This document shows, in pieces, positions 27,725 through 36,409 of a stretch of 64,000 nt of DNA. A program made the translations under genes and the position numbers. The DNA is from PVC group bacterium (GTDB taxonomy: Bacteria; Omnitrophota; Gorgyraeia; B26-G9), in contig JAAEQR010000099.1 of the NCBI GenBank assembly GCA_024231215.1, forward strand, positions 50,401 through 114,400. Direction: 5' to 3'. The notes under the pieces were generated by a model. It did no database searches and was not told the DNA's origin. It was given only the letters and a program-made list of their open reading frames with translations. How positions within the stretch are numbered: the stretch's first letter is position 1; every line of letters begins with the position of its first letter.

Positions 27725-27770
27725 GTGCTTTTGTATCTTTTTTAAACACAACAATTAATGGGAATGCGTT

Positions 27771-28058
27771 TTATTTAGCCGCCGTTTTTTCAAGTTTTCT
27801 GCGACGTAATGCACTTTGTGCAACCTCTTGAGCTAAAGCTTCATACTCAGCTATCTGCTGCTCATATTCTTTGTACATTTCATCAATAGCTAAAGTTTCC
27901 TGCTTTGCCATTTCAATATCGTATTTAGCCTCTTCTCCCTGGGCAATATTTTGTGTCCATAATCCGGCAAAAACAATCATTACGCACAAAACAAAAATAC
28001 TGGCACCGAGAAACCCCATGACTATCTTTAAAATTGTATTTGATATACTTGCTTTCAC
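27771..28058 (-). CDS. Small bitopic membrane protein with coiled coil
   Basis: N-terminal TM helix and a Q/E/A-rich coiled coil. Overlaps the upstream gene by 4 nt. Confidence 0.5.
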   Translation of the reverse strand: MKASISNTILKIVMGFLGASIFVLCVMIVFAGLWTQNIAQGEEAKYDIEMAKQETLAIDEMYKEYEQQIAEYEALAQEVAQSALRRRKLEKTAAK

Positions 28059-28711
28059 TCTTCGCTCAACTCCTGAATCCAGGCTATAACCTCTTTTACA
28101 TCTTCTCCGGCTGGATTTGCTTCTAAATAAAGCTTGTACTGTAAAACCGCTTTGTGAGGTTCTTTGGTAATCATGTGATAAATAAGTCCTAAGTTATATA
28201 ATGCTTCATGATTTTGCGGATTAATTTCTAAGGCTTCATCATACGCTTTAATAGCTTCCTCATACATTTTTGCTTTTGTGTATGCTACGCCTAAATTATA
28301 ATAAAAACGTGTTCGTTCGGATTTTAGTTCCTGCTCTAAATTTGTTACTGTTTGTTCTAGCGCGGCAGTTGAAGATTTTTCTTGTTTCCATTTATTAATC
28401 AAAGCTTCGCTTGCATTTAATTTCTTTTCCGAAACTTCTAACTTGCTCATCAATTGCTTTTTCCCATCCTGAAAAGCATTTATCCGGCTTAAATGACCCA
28501 CAACATCTGCGCTTAATTTTTCGTTTTTATCTTCTAATCTTGTTTTCTCCTGCTTTAGTATCTCTATTTCAGCCCGCATATGCGCGGAAAACTCCTCGCT
28601 TTTAACAAATCGTTCTTCCCAGACCTGTTGCCGCAAAAAGAAAAAAACAGTTGCCAGCGCAATTGCAATTATTATAACGATACCTATTAAATAAATAGTT
28701 TTGTTTTTCAT
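28055..28711 (-). CDS. Bitopic membrane protein: TM helix, coiled coil, C-terminal TPR repeats
   Basis: TM at the N-terminus, then a long coiled coil. TPR motifs YYNLGVAYTKAKMYEEAIKAYDEALEINP and ALYNLGLIYH. Paralogous to the 366-aa neighbour. Confidence 0.6.
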   Translation of the reverse strand: MKNKTIYLIGIVIIIAIALATVFFFLRQQVWEERFVKSEEFSAHMRAEIEILKQEKTRLEDKNEKLSADVVGHLSRINAFQDGKKQLMSKLEVSEKKLNASEALINKWKQEKSSTAALEQTVTNLEQELKSERTRFYYNLGVAYTKAKMYEEAIKAYDEALEINPQNHEALYNLGLIYHMITKEPHKAVLQYKLYLEANPAGEDVKEVIAWIQELSEE

Positions 28712-29808
28712 CGCAGCATTCTGAGATAGGAGTTAACCCTTCCCTTATTTGATGAGTTTGGATTAAGTCGTAAGTATGTTTCAAACGCATTAACCGCTTT
28801 GGCATTGTTTTTTATATGCGCATAAAGCAGCCCTAGCTGATAATAGTATGCGGCTATTTGTGAGTTGCGGGCAATTGCCTGCTCATAAGCTGTTATCGCA
28901 TCTCTATATCTGCGCTGTTTGGTATACATTAGGCCCAGCCTAGCTTTCTCAATTGATGGATCGCCACTTTCCACTTTTTCAGAAAAAGAGGGAAGCTGTT
29001 TTACCTTGCGAAAAGTTGAAGATGCCTTGCGCCGGCCAAATAATTCAGCCGCGCGATCATCCCATAATTTCAATTGTTCTTCTGTAAAATTATATCGTTT
29101 TTCCAACAAGCTATAAGAATCGTTCAAGAGGTGTTTTTCTTCTTTTAAAAATACGACCTCGTTTTCGAGATTTGCTATTGCCTCTTCGTGTTCGATGCTC
29201 ATTGAATTTTTTTCTTTTTCATGCCGTTGTTTAAGTTGTTCTATTGTTTGTTTTAAATCCGCTATTTCCTGCCGTAGATCCGCAAACATCTTTTCGCGTT
29301 CTGCAATCACTATCCACTGACTATCGGTAAGTTTATTTAAACGAGTATTATCTTCCCCCAAAAACTCTGCGGCTTGGGATACTTGCTGATATTTCTCTCT
29401 TAAGCCTATCAGCTCTTCTTTTAAGATGATATTTTTTTTAGATAAAGCAGCTCTGTCTTTTTGTAATTTTGTAATTTTATCGGCAGTTTCTAAATCGGCA
29501 AGCTCTAAAACCTCTTGTTCTTTTTCCTGCAAACGTGAAGTTTTTTGCCGAAGTAATTCCACTTCGGCAACAAGTCGGGCAATAAAAGATTTATGGGGAG
29601 AAGATTCGCTTTGCTGGGCATCGGATATTAATATTTCGCGTAAAACCGTATTGTCTTCTGTAAGTGTAGCTATTTCTTGCTTAAGATATTGAATGAACTG
29701 TTGGGTATCTTCATTTTCTGCTGCATACAAAAACATATTGCATTTCAAAATCAAGATTATGAATAGACTTATTATGAATAAGAACTTCCGTGTCCTTACC
29801 AAAACCAA
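28708..29808 (-). CDS. Bitopic membrane protein: TM helix, long coiled coil, C-terminal TPR repeats
   Basis: Same architecture as the 28055-28711 gene. TPR motifs AITAYEQAIARNSQIAAYYYQLGLLYAH and AVNAFETYLRLNP. Confidence 0.6.
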   Translation of the reverse strand: MVLVRTRKFLFIISLFIILILKCNMFLYAAENEDTQQFIQYLKQEIATLTEDNTVLREILISDAQQSESSPHKSFIARLVAEVELLRQKTSRLQEKEQEVLELADLETADKITKLQKDRAALSKKNIILKEELIGLREKYQQVSQAAEFLGEDNTRLNKLTDSQWIVIAEREKMFADLRQEIADLKQTIEQLKQRHEKEKNSMSIEHEEAIANLENEVVFLKEEKHLLNDSYSLLEKRYNFTEEQLKLWDDRAAELFGRRKASSTFRKVKQLPSFSEKVESGDPSIEKARLGLMYTKQRRYRDAITAYEQAIARNSQIAAYYYQLGLLYAHIKNNAKAVNAFETYLRLNPNSSNKGRVNSYLRMLR

Positions 29809-29830
29809 CTCCTTTCGGCCTTGCCGCTTA

Positions 29831-31609
29831 CTACTTAATTCCTTTTAATTTTTCATCAAACAAAACTACCGAATCCGCATCACTTGTCGTTTGGGCCTCA
29901 GGATACGGTAATTGAGATTGTTCTAATTCCTGCAAAAACTGATCATTGCCGCCAGACATTCCTGTTTCAGGCAATGAATTCATGTTTTCTAATTCTTGCA
30001 GAAAAATATCTTCTGTTTCAGATTGTGACATATATGTGTCAATAACCATTTTTCTATCTCCCGGCTCTTTGGTAATAGAGTGTTCTCCGGTGATAATATG
30101 CGGGGTGATAAATACGATCAGCTCTGTCTGGCTGCTTCCTTGCGTTTTTGAGCCAAACAATCCGCCGATAAACGGAATCCTATGAAGCCAAGGAATCCCT
30201 GCTTCATCCTCCCTCTTCTCATCTTCTCTGAGGCCGGCAATCATAATCATTGTTTTATCTTTTACTTTTATGAAAGTCTCTACCTCTGATGTAGCCACAA
30301 TTGGAATCCGGCTGCCTAAAGACGTTGTGATCGTTTCAGAAACGTTGCTTACTTCAGGCTTAATCTCCATCGTCACAAATCCGTCGTTGCTGATCTTCGG
30401 AACAACCTTCAACTTTACTCCAACATCAATAAATTCAATCCCTTCAGAAGTTACCGTAGTAGATTCAGCCTGACTTAGCGTCTGGGTTACATATACGTCC
30501 CGCGTCCCAACCATGATCCTTGCTTCTTGATTATTTAAAACCGCAAGTCTGGGGCTTGATAAAATTTTAAGATCTCCATATTCCTGTAAAAATTCAAGCG
30601 CTATATTATAATCTCCCGGCTGCAGGGTTCCGATAGAGATGTTCCCAGAAGTTGCAAGCGCCGGCGTCACCGGGAAAGCAGCCGTCACTTCTGATTGCGC
30701 GCTGTTAAAAAAACTTTGCCAGTCAATCCCGCGATTAAAACGATCACTCATATTAATCTGGATAATTTCCGCTTCAATAAATACTTCTTTTTCCGCAACG
30801 TCTAAATTAGCTATAATTGTTCTGATTTTTTTCATTTTCTCCGAAGAATCTTCGACAATCAATCTCGAGCTTTTTACATCCACAATGATTTGACCCACAT
30901 CCGGGGTAACAACTTTCTCTAAACTCTTTTTTATTGCAATAGGATCCGCGGAATTCAATTCAAACACTACTGTCTCTGTCGGACAGTCAAGTTTCTTTAC
31001 CATATCTGCCATCAATTCCAACCGCTCCGGGATATCAAGTAAAATAACCATGCCGGAGGCTTTATCTATAATTACCTTCCCAACATCTGATTTCAACTGA
31101 CTTACTATGGTAAAAACATTGGTTGGATCTGCATAACGCAATTTGATATTTTTGTATTTTTTAGTTTCCAGATAATCATGCCCATACAATCTTTTGTATT
31201 CGGCCGCGGTCATAATATATATTATTCCTCCCCGCCGCTTGCAAGCTAAGTTCTGCGTCGCTAATATAACATCTAATGCTTCCAGAAAACTCACATTGTT
31301 TAAGAAAATATCTATTCTGCCGTTTAATCCCTTGCTCGGCACAATTGTTAATCCTGTCTTTTGGGCCAGCATGCGCAGTAAATTAATAATATGCATGCCT
31401 TTTAAATCCAGCGATATCGTTGTGTTTTCCCCTTGTTTTTTAGAGGTTGTTTCTATCTTTCCTTTGCCTTGTTGTTCCTTAGGGCTATCTGAAACGGCTA
31501 GTTCATCGGGATTTTCGAATATAGCCTCTTCCGAAGATTGCGCTATTACTAAAGACGTTCCAACCGCAATCATCAAAAATATTATACAAATGTGTCGTAT
31601 AGTGCGCAT
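29831..31609 (-). CDS. pilQ: Secretin (PilQ/GspD family) outer-membrane channel
   Basis: Signal peptide, N-terminal secretin-N domains, and a canonical secretin C-domain (VVPKISNDGFVTMEIKPEVSNV ... IPWLHRIPFIGGLFGSKT ... TELIVFITPHII). Start taken at MRTIRH to avoid overlap with the upstream gene. Confidence 0.85.
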   Translation of the reverse strand: MRTIRHICIIFLMIAVGTSLVIAQSSEEAIFENPDELAVSDSPKEQQGKGKIETTSKKQGENTTISLDLKGMHIINLLRMLAQKTGLTIVPSKGLNGRIDIFLNNVSFLEALDVILATQNLACKRRGGIIYIMTAAEYKRLYGHDYLETKKYKNIKLRYADPTNVFTIVSQLKSDVGKVIIDKASGMVILLDIPERLELMADMVKKLDCPTETVVFELNSADPIAIKKSLEKVVTPDVGQIIVDVKSSRLIVEDSSEKMKKIRTIIANLDVAEKEVFIEAEIIQINMSDRFNRGIDWQSFFNSAQSEVTAAFPVTPALATSGNISIGTLQPGDYNIALEFLQEYGDLKILSSPRLAVLNNQEARIMVGTRDVYVTQTLSQAESTTVTSEGIEFIDVGVKLKVVPKISNDGFVTMEIKPEVSNVSETITTSLGSRIPIVATSEVETFIKVKDKTMIMIAGLREDEKREDEAGIPWLHRIPFIGGLFGSKTQGSSQTELIVFITPHIITGEHSITKEPGDRKMVIDTYMSQSETEDIFLQELENMNSLPETGMSGGNDQFLQELEQSQLPYPEAQTTSDADSVVLFDEKLKGIK

Positions 31610-31611
31610 CA

Positions 31612-32175
31612 CTATATCTCCCATTCCTTATTTTCTTTTTGCAAAACTACACTGTCTTCTTTTATTGTTTTTACAGTAAATGTTTCAAACATTTGCCCTT
31701 GCTGCAATAAATGCGTTTCCCTTGTTATTGTATCCTCCAAAATAACTTGAGGCACATCTGTTTCCCACCAGACCCCGACAAACGATAACTGCTTCATCCG
31801 AGCTTCTGCTTCTTTTACCCAATTTGCTTTTTTTTCGCTAATAATTTTAGCCTGTTTCCCTGGGATTAATCCAAAAATGTTGTAGCGGATTCCGCTTTCC
31901 AAATTTTTTTTTATTACCAACAAGAAAGAAGCATCTATTGTTTGTCCCTTCTCCGTTGCTATATTCTTAGTGATTGCTACAAACCTTTTTTCTTTTTTCA
32001 GTTTTTGATAAAAAAGATCAAAGACAAAATAAGCCGTTATTATTACCCCGCAAACAATAATAGTTTTTATAACTTTCTGCAGGCTAATTGCCTTCAATTG
32101 TTTTTTTATCGCTTCCTGCAATTCCTGAACAATTCCCGGCTTGGGATTCCCGGCCACAACCCCTTTTGATTCCAT
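31612..32175 (-). CDS. PilP-like bitopic protein (short cytoplasmic N-terminus, TM helix, periplasmic beta domain)
   Basis: Topology and size match the PilP/GspC HR-domain class. Lies immediately upstream of the secretin gene and is co-oriented with it. Confidence 0.4.
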   Translation of the reverse strand: MESKGVVAGNPKPGIVQELQEAIKKQLKAISLQKVIKTIIVCGVIITAYFVFDLFYQKLKKEKRFVAITKNIATEKGQTIDASFLLVIKKNLESGIRYNIFGLIPGKQAKIISEKKANWVKEAEARMKQLSFVGVWWETDVPQVILEDTITRETHLLQQGQMFETFTVKTIKEDSVVLQKENKEWEI

Positions 32176-32485
32176 TAGCGATCCATCACCTTTATAGCGT
32201 TTTTTATTTTATGTTTTGTTTTCGGATGGGCCTGGGAACAACGAAGAAGATACACTCCCCCCTGGGAATGAATTCTTTCTTAAAAATAATCCCTTAAAAC
32301 AATCCATCCTTGTTTTCTATTAATAACTATATATTTTGTCTATATAATACATTGTTTTTATAGACAAGTAGCCATTCTGTATTATACTACACTGAAAAAA
32401 AACATTCCAGAGATTATTGTGATTATCTGGCAATCCTTGCTTTTCGATCAAAATTATGGTATCTTAAAAAAGCTTCGCAGTTCCC

Positions 32486-32575
32486 TAATCCCGCACGTTT
32501 TCCGCGGGAAAAACCGTTGAAGCAACGCAATAATATAATATTTTCTTTGCGGAGGAGTGGCTGAGTGGTCGAAAG
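32486..32575 (+). repeat. 90-bp direct repeat copy 1: tRNA-Ser leader plus the first 27 nt of the tRNA
   Basis: Matches 32649-32738 with one mismatch. The copy ends at the D-arm of the tRNA sequence, and the following 73 bp are unrelated. Confidence 0.7.
32549..32575 (+). pseudogene. Truncated 5' fragment of tRNA-Ser: acceptor strand and D-arm only
   Basis: GGAGGAGTGGCTGAGTGGTCGAAAG is identical to nt 1-27 of the intact tRNA-Ser. It lacks the anticodon, variable and T arms. Confidence 0.6.
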
Positions 32576-32712
32576 AAAAGGTCTTGTTCAATGAAACTTA
32601 GACTTTTGGAACGACCGCAGGGAGAGAATAAAAGTCTGTAGTTGAATTAATCCCGCACGTTTTCCGCGGGAAAAACCGTTAAAGCAACGCAATAATATAA
32701 TATTTTCTTTGC

Positions 32713-32800
32713 GGAGGAGTGGCTGAGTGGTCGAAAGCGGCGGTCTTGAAAACCGTTGTACTGCAAGGTACCGTGGGTTCGAATCCTACCTCCTCCGCCA
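32713..32800 (+). tRNA. tRNA-Ser (anticodon UGA), class II with long variable arm
   Basis: Acceptor GGAGGAG pairs with CTCCTCC. Discriminator G and encoded CCA. Anticodon loop CTTGAAA (TGA at 32747-32749). T-loop GGTTCGAATCC. Confidence 0.85.
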
Positions 32801-32873
32801 TTAAAACCCTACAATACGGATTTATATGCACCACACACAAGATGAAAAAAATATAACTATTAAAAAGACCCCC

Positions 32874-33272
32874 ATGCATACGCCCAGATTATCCGAGGCT
32901 GCTGTTGCTTTTCCCCGGGGATTAAGAGTTGACCTGGGGATACATACTTTATTTTTCATTTCCGGGACAGCAAGCGTTGGCCCGGAAGGACAAAGCATGC
33001 ATGAAGGAGATTTTTATGCGCAGGTAATACATACGTATAAAAATATAGCGTCTTTACTTCACGAGCAATCTGCTGCGTTTAAAGATATTGTTAGATTTAC
33101 TGTTTACTTAAAATCTATGGATTATTATGACAAGTTTAACAAAGCGCGAGATGATTTTTTTGCCAACCAGGGGTTATCCCGAGAAGAGTTTCCTGCCAGC
33201 ACGTGTGTCGAGGCCCGCCTTTGTCGAGAAGAACTTCTAGTAGAAATAGAAGCTATTGCAATCATCAAATGA
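32874..33272 (+). CDS. ridA: RidA/YjgF-family reactive-intermediate deaminase
   Basis: GTASVGPEG ... DIVRFTVYL ... C-terminal EIEAIAI motif. About 130 aa from the internal Met. Confidence 0.65.
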   Translation: MHTPRLSEAAVAFPRGLRVDLGIHTLFFISGTASVGPEGQSMHEGDFYAQVIHTYKNIASLLHEQSAAFKDIVRFTVYLKSMDYYDKFNKARDDFFANQGLSREEFPASTCVEARLCREELLVEIEAIAIIK

Positions 33273-33300
33273 GACAAACCGGTCTGGCTTCTTTGGTCTC
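33271..33300. terminator. Palindromic hairpin of the same family as 5012-5042, at the convergent ridA junction
   Basis: GAGACAAA ... CCGGTCTGGCTTC ... TTTGGTCTC. Loop sequence identical to copy 1; the stem has one mismatch. Confidence 0.5.
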
Positions 33301-33328
33301 ATTGGAGCAAACAAATAGCTAAATCTGG

Positions 33329-35449
33329 TTAAATGGCACTGTCTGTTAGAATTTCCATTGGGGACGGCTGTGTTGTTTCTTTTGTTAGTTTCTTTTCAGC
33401 ACGAGAAGCAAGAAATTTATAATGATTATATGCGTTTTCATATCCAACTTGCCTAAATAAATCTTTTCCCACGATTCCTATTTCTCTGATTTTCTGAGCA
33501 ATAGTACGATAGTCGCTCTTCTGTTCTGCTTTGTCACAAGTTGCCATGGCATCAAAAAACATATCCATATCAGCCAACTCGTGTGCTGGAACACTCTCCC
33601 CATTTAAGATGTTTGGCCAAAAATTATGATGTGATTCTATTGGTTTTGAAATCGGCGTGCTAAGAAACTGAAATTGTTCTATTTCTACCATAGCCCCCCT
33701 CTCTCCTACTGCTAAAAGTTGCAAGGCATAACATCCGGGCTGGTCTCCTGGCAAGCCAAATAGATACATTAAATATGATAAGTTTATTGTGATTATCCCG
33801 TCCTGTAACTGCAAATCTTGCCAGCTTATATCCTCTTGCACTCGTATATATTTATCCTCTGCAAAAGGTGGATAATGCAATGTTAGCGCAATCTTATCTC
33901 CCTCGCTGATCTTACCTACTTTTATTTTAACAAAAACACCTTCCTTTTTATCGCTTGATAGCTTCAGCTTTACCGCATCCGGAATCTCAAACAATCCTCC
34001 TCCCCAAGAAGTATCCTCTAATTTATTGGTGATTCTTATCGTCCTGCGCTCATGATCAAAATGCAAACCATCTGCTCGATTAAAATAATGCTCATTATCT
34101 CCTGTGCTTGCTTTCATAAAGATTTTAGTCTTATAGTAATTTTCTATAACATTATAGTTTTGTGATAAAGCTGCGCCCGCAAGCCTTCCCTTTAAATAAT
34201 CATCAGCAAGTTCATGCAGTACTTTTAAATCTGGATATTGTTTGATTAAACGCATTATGGGAGAAACTTCTTTTTCAAACATATGACTGCCTGCTAACCG
34301 CTCCAGAATATTGTGCTTAAAAGGTTCTACTGCTAATTCTCCGATGTAACGAACATACTGATAGATCAACCATATAATTTCGTCATTTTTTTTATTTATT
34401 GCTTCCCTGCAAGTTTCTTCTGCGGCATTAAGCAAAGTAATCATTTTTAAATTCTTTTTTTCCGGGCTCTCTGTTTCCTGAATACTATTATTTTCTATTT
34501 CTTTAATAATCTCTTTAATTTTATTACTTGCATTCACCTTTCTACTAACAAGCTTTATAATTTTCCGGATGGTTTCGCTATCCTTTTCGAGAAGAGGTGT
34601 CTGTTTTTTTATCTTATTGGACAAAGTTCGGATTGTATTATAGTTACCTTTTTCACTTTTTAGCTCCGCTACGAAAGTCTCGATGAGCAGCGGCAAAAGA
34701 GATTTAAAGGATTGTAGCGCAAGTTTTGCTGGACGTGTAGCGTTCGGGGAACGCTCCCGTGCTAGTTTCAATGCAGCTTCCACTTGTTTTTGAAGCTCCT
34801 CAACACTCGTCCCATCATAAGGATACATTGCGACCCCCGCAGTAATTCTTACCTTGTGCTCTTCTTGAATAGGATTAAACTTTTTTTTCAGCCTTGGAAG
34901 GACTAAATCATTTGCTTGCTGATAATCAGCGTCCGGAAGAACAATCGTAAAGCTATCCTTCCCCGCAAATAATTCATCTGAATCGCGTAAAATGCTTTTA
35001 CATTCTTTTTCTACCTCTTTAAATAAGTCAGTATTATCTGTTACTTTTTCTCCATTATAAAGTTCTATTTTTATTACAGAAAATTTCGCCCCTTCAAGCA
35101 TTTTGTTCATAATAGAGCTGTCTACCGGAGTCCCTGGTTTTTTAATTTTTTTCTGCCACTGCAATAAAATCCGGCTTAAAAAAGATGGGGTATGGGGATA
35201 TTCCTCTGTCTTCATCCCGAACGTTAGATTTATGTCGGGAATTTGCTTGTTTTGCGATGGCGAAAAACTCGCCATTTTTTCAAGCGTTTCCTGAAAGTCA
35301 CTACTCTCCAACCGTACAGAAGGCGCAAGCATCTCTGTTTCTTGGCGAGCTGCCGACAAAGACGGCAGTCCAAGCAATAAAAGAGTCTGAACTAGCAAAG
35401 CAATACCGCTTCGTAACAAAAAGTGATTTTTGAAGCTATTAAACCGCAA
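33329..35449 (-). CDS. Secreted protein with a degenerate GGDEF domain followed by a large uncharacterised C-terminal region
   Basis: Signal peptide. GGDEF-domain core aligns (ILRDSDELFAGKDSFTIVLPDAD ... VRITAGVAMYPYDGTSVEELQKQVEAALKLAR), but the active-site GGDEF motif reads AGKDS. Confidence 0.6.
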   Translation of the reverse strand: MRFNSFKNHFLLRSGIALLVQTLLLLGLPSLSAARQETEMLAPSVRLESSDFQETLEKMASFSPSQNKQIPDINLTFGMKTEEYPHTPSFLSRILLQWQKKIKKPGTPVDSSIMNKMLEGAKFSVIKIELYNGEKVTDNTDLFKEVEKECKSILRDSDELFAGKDSFTIVLPDADYQQANDLVLPRLKKKFNPIQEEHKVRITAGVAMYPYDGTSVEELQKQVEAALKLARERSPNATRPAKLALQSFKSLLPLLIETFVAELKSEKGNYNTIRTLSNKIKKQTPLLEKDSETIRKIIKLVSRKVNASNKIKEIIKEIENNSIQETESPEKKNLKMITLLNAAEETCREAINKKNDEIIWLIYQYVRYIGELAVEPFKHNILERLAGSHMFEKEVSPIMRLIKQYPDLKVLHELADDYLKGRLAGAALSQNYNVIENYYKTKIFMKASTGDNEHYFNRADGLHFDHERRTIRITNKLEDTSWGGGLFEIPDAVKLKLSSDKKEGVFVKIKVGKISEGDKIALTLHYPPFAEDKYIRVQEDISWQDLQLQDGIITINLSYLMYLFGLPGDQPGCYALQLLAVGERGAMVEIEQFQFLSTPISKPIESHHNFWPNILNGESVPAHELADMDMFFDAMATCDKAEQKSDYRTIAQKIREIGIVGKDLFRQVGYENAYNHYKFLASRAEKKLTKETTQPSPMEILTDSAI

Positions 35450-35611
35450 TATCTAACCCCTCTTAACCTTAGTCATTCTTGACTTTTATAACATTTTTAT
35501 AAAGGCAGTAAAGTATACACTATCAATTGTGTTTTGTCAAAGCAGCGGAGGGGGAATTTTGCAGTCAGTGAGACTTGTTTGGTCTGGCTCTTTTTGTCTC
35601 GTTGGGGAGGG

Positions 35612-36301
35612 TCATCTCGCAGAGGTGGTAAACTCCAAAATCTTATCCCAAATAAAGAAAACCGTTTCCTTGGAATATAGCCAAAAATCCTTGAAAAATA
35701 CAACTAAGCTTACCTTTTTAAAGATAAAGCTAAGCGGAATTACCAACACCAGAATATTTATAATATAAATCAACGTCAGGGAAAATAAATATCCATTCTC
35801 TACCAAATCAGGTTGTTTTGTTTTTAAAGAATCCGCGTTCATTAGAAAATGAAACGCCAGACTAAACCCGATAAGAAAAATAAATATATTGGTATACTGA
35901 TAAGCCTCTTTCCAAAACAAACATATCCCCCAAAAAATCAGAGACAGGATAGCCGTATATAGTGGAAAAAAGTATGGAGCAAGCGTAATAATAAAATTGG
36001 ATTTTGTAGAAGCAACGCTCCCGCCCTGAGATGTGACGCGAAATGACTTTATCTTTCCTCCGAAAAGTAATGCGAAAAAAGCATGCACTGATTCATGCGC
36101 AAGCACATATAAATAATCCGGCTTATACACCAAAAGATGCATAACCACATAAACAATTATTCCGGCGAGGAAAAACATTGGCAGCTTATCAACTACACGT
36201 AAAGAGTTTAATATCGCATATAAACTTCGGGTTATCCCAACACATAGCGGCAGAAAAGCAATCCCGATTAGTATTTTAAGTAATCGCTTTAACATATTCA
36301 T
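35612..36301 (-). CDS. Polytopic membrane zinc metalloprotease-like protein with an HExxH motif in a TM helix
   Basis: About 6 TM helices. HESVH motif embedded in a TM segment, as in M50/site-2 proteases. Confidence 0.45.
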   Translation of the reverse strand: MNMLKRLLKILIGIAFLPLCVGITRSLYAILNSLRVVDKLPMFFLAGIIVYVVMHLLVYKPDYLYVLAHESVHAFFALLFGGKIKSFRVTSQGGSVASTKSNFIITLAPYFFPLYTAILSLIFWGICLFWKEAYQYTNIFIFLIGFSLAFHFLMNADSLKTKQPDLVENGYLFSLTLIYIINILVLVIPLSFIFKKVSLVVFFKDFWLYSKETVFFIWDKILEFTTSAR

Positions 36302-36409
36302 CGTAATTTAATTTTAAGCCTAATTACTTACTTTTTCAATATTAATAATATAAAAAAGCGATGATTGAAAAAATCAACCACCGCTCTGTCTTTTTAAGTT
36401 AACCTTGTT

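Noticed and set aside
27526-27735. sigma54-like TGGCAC-N5-TTGT/TTTG motifs on the plus strand inside the direct repeats
   Set aside because: The critical -12 GC dinucleotide is absent in both copies. Neither motif points at a plus-strand gene; only the 60-aa ORF 27532-27714, judged spurious, lies there. The minus-strand terminator and gene orientation favour reading the region on the minus strand.
32679-32879. 66-aa minus-strand ORF covering the tRNA-Ser gene
   Set aside because: Overlaps a confidently folded tRNA. Spurious.
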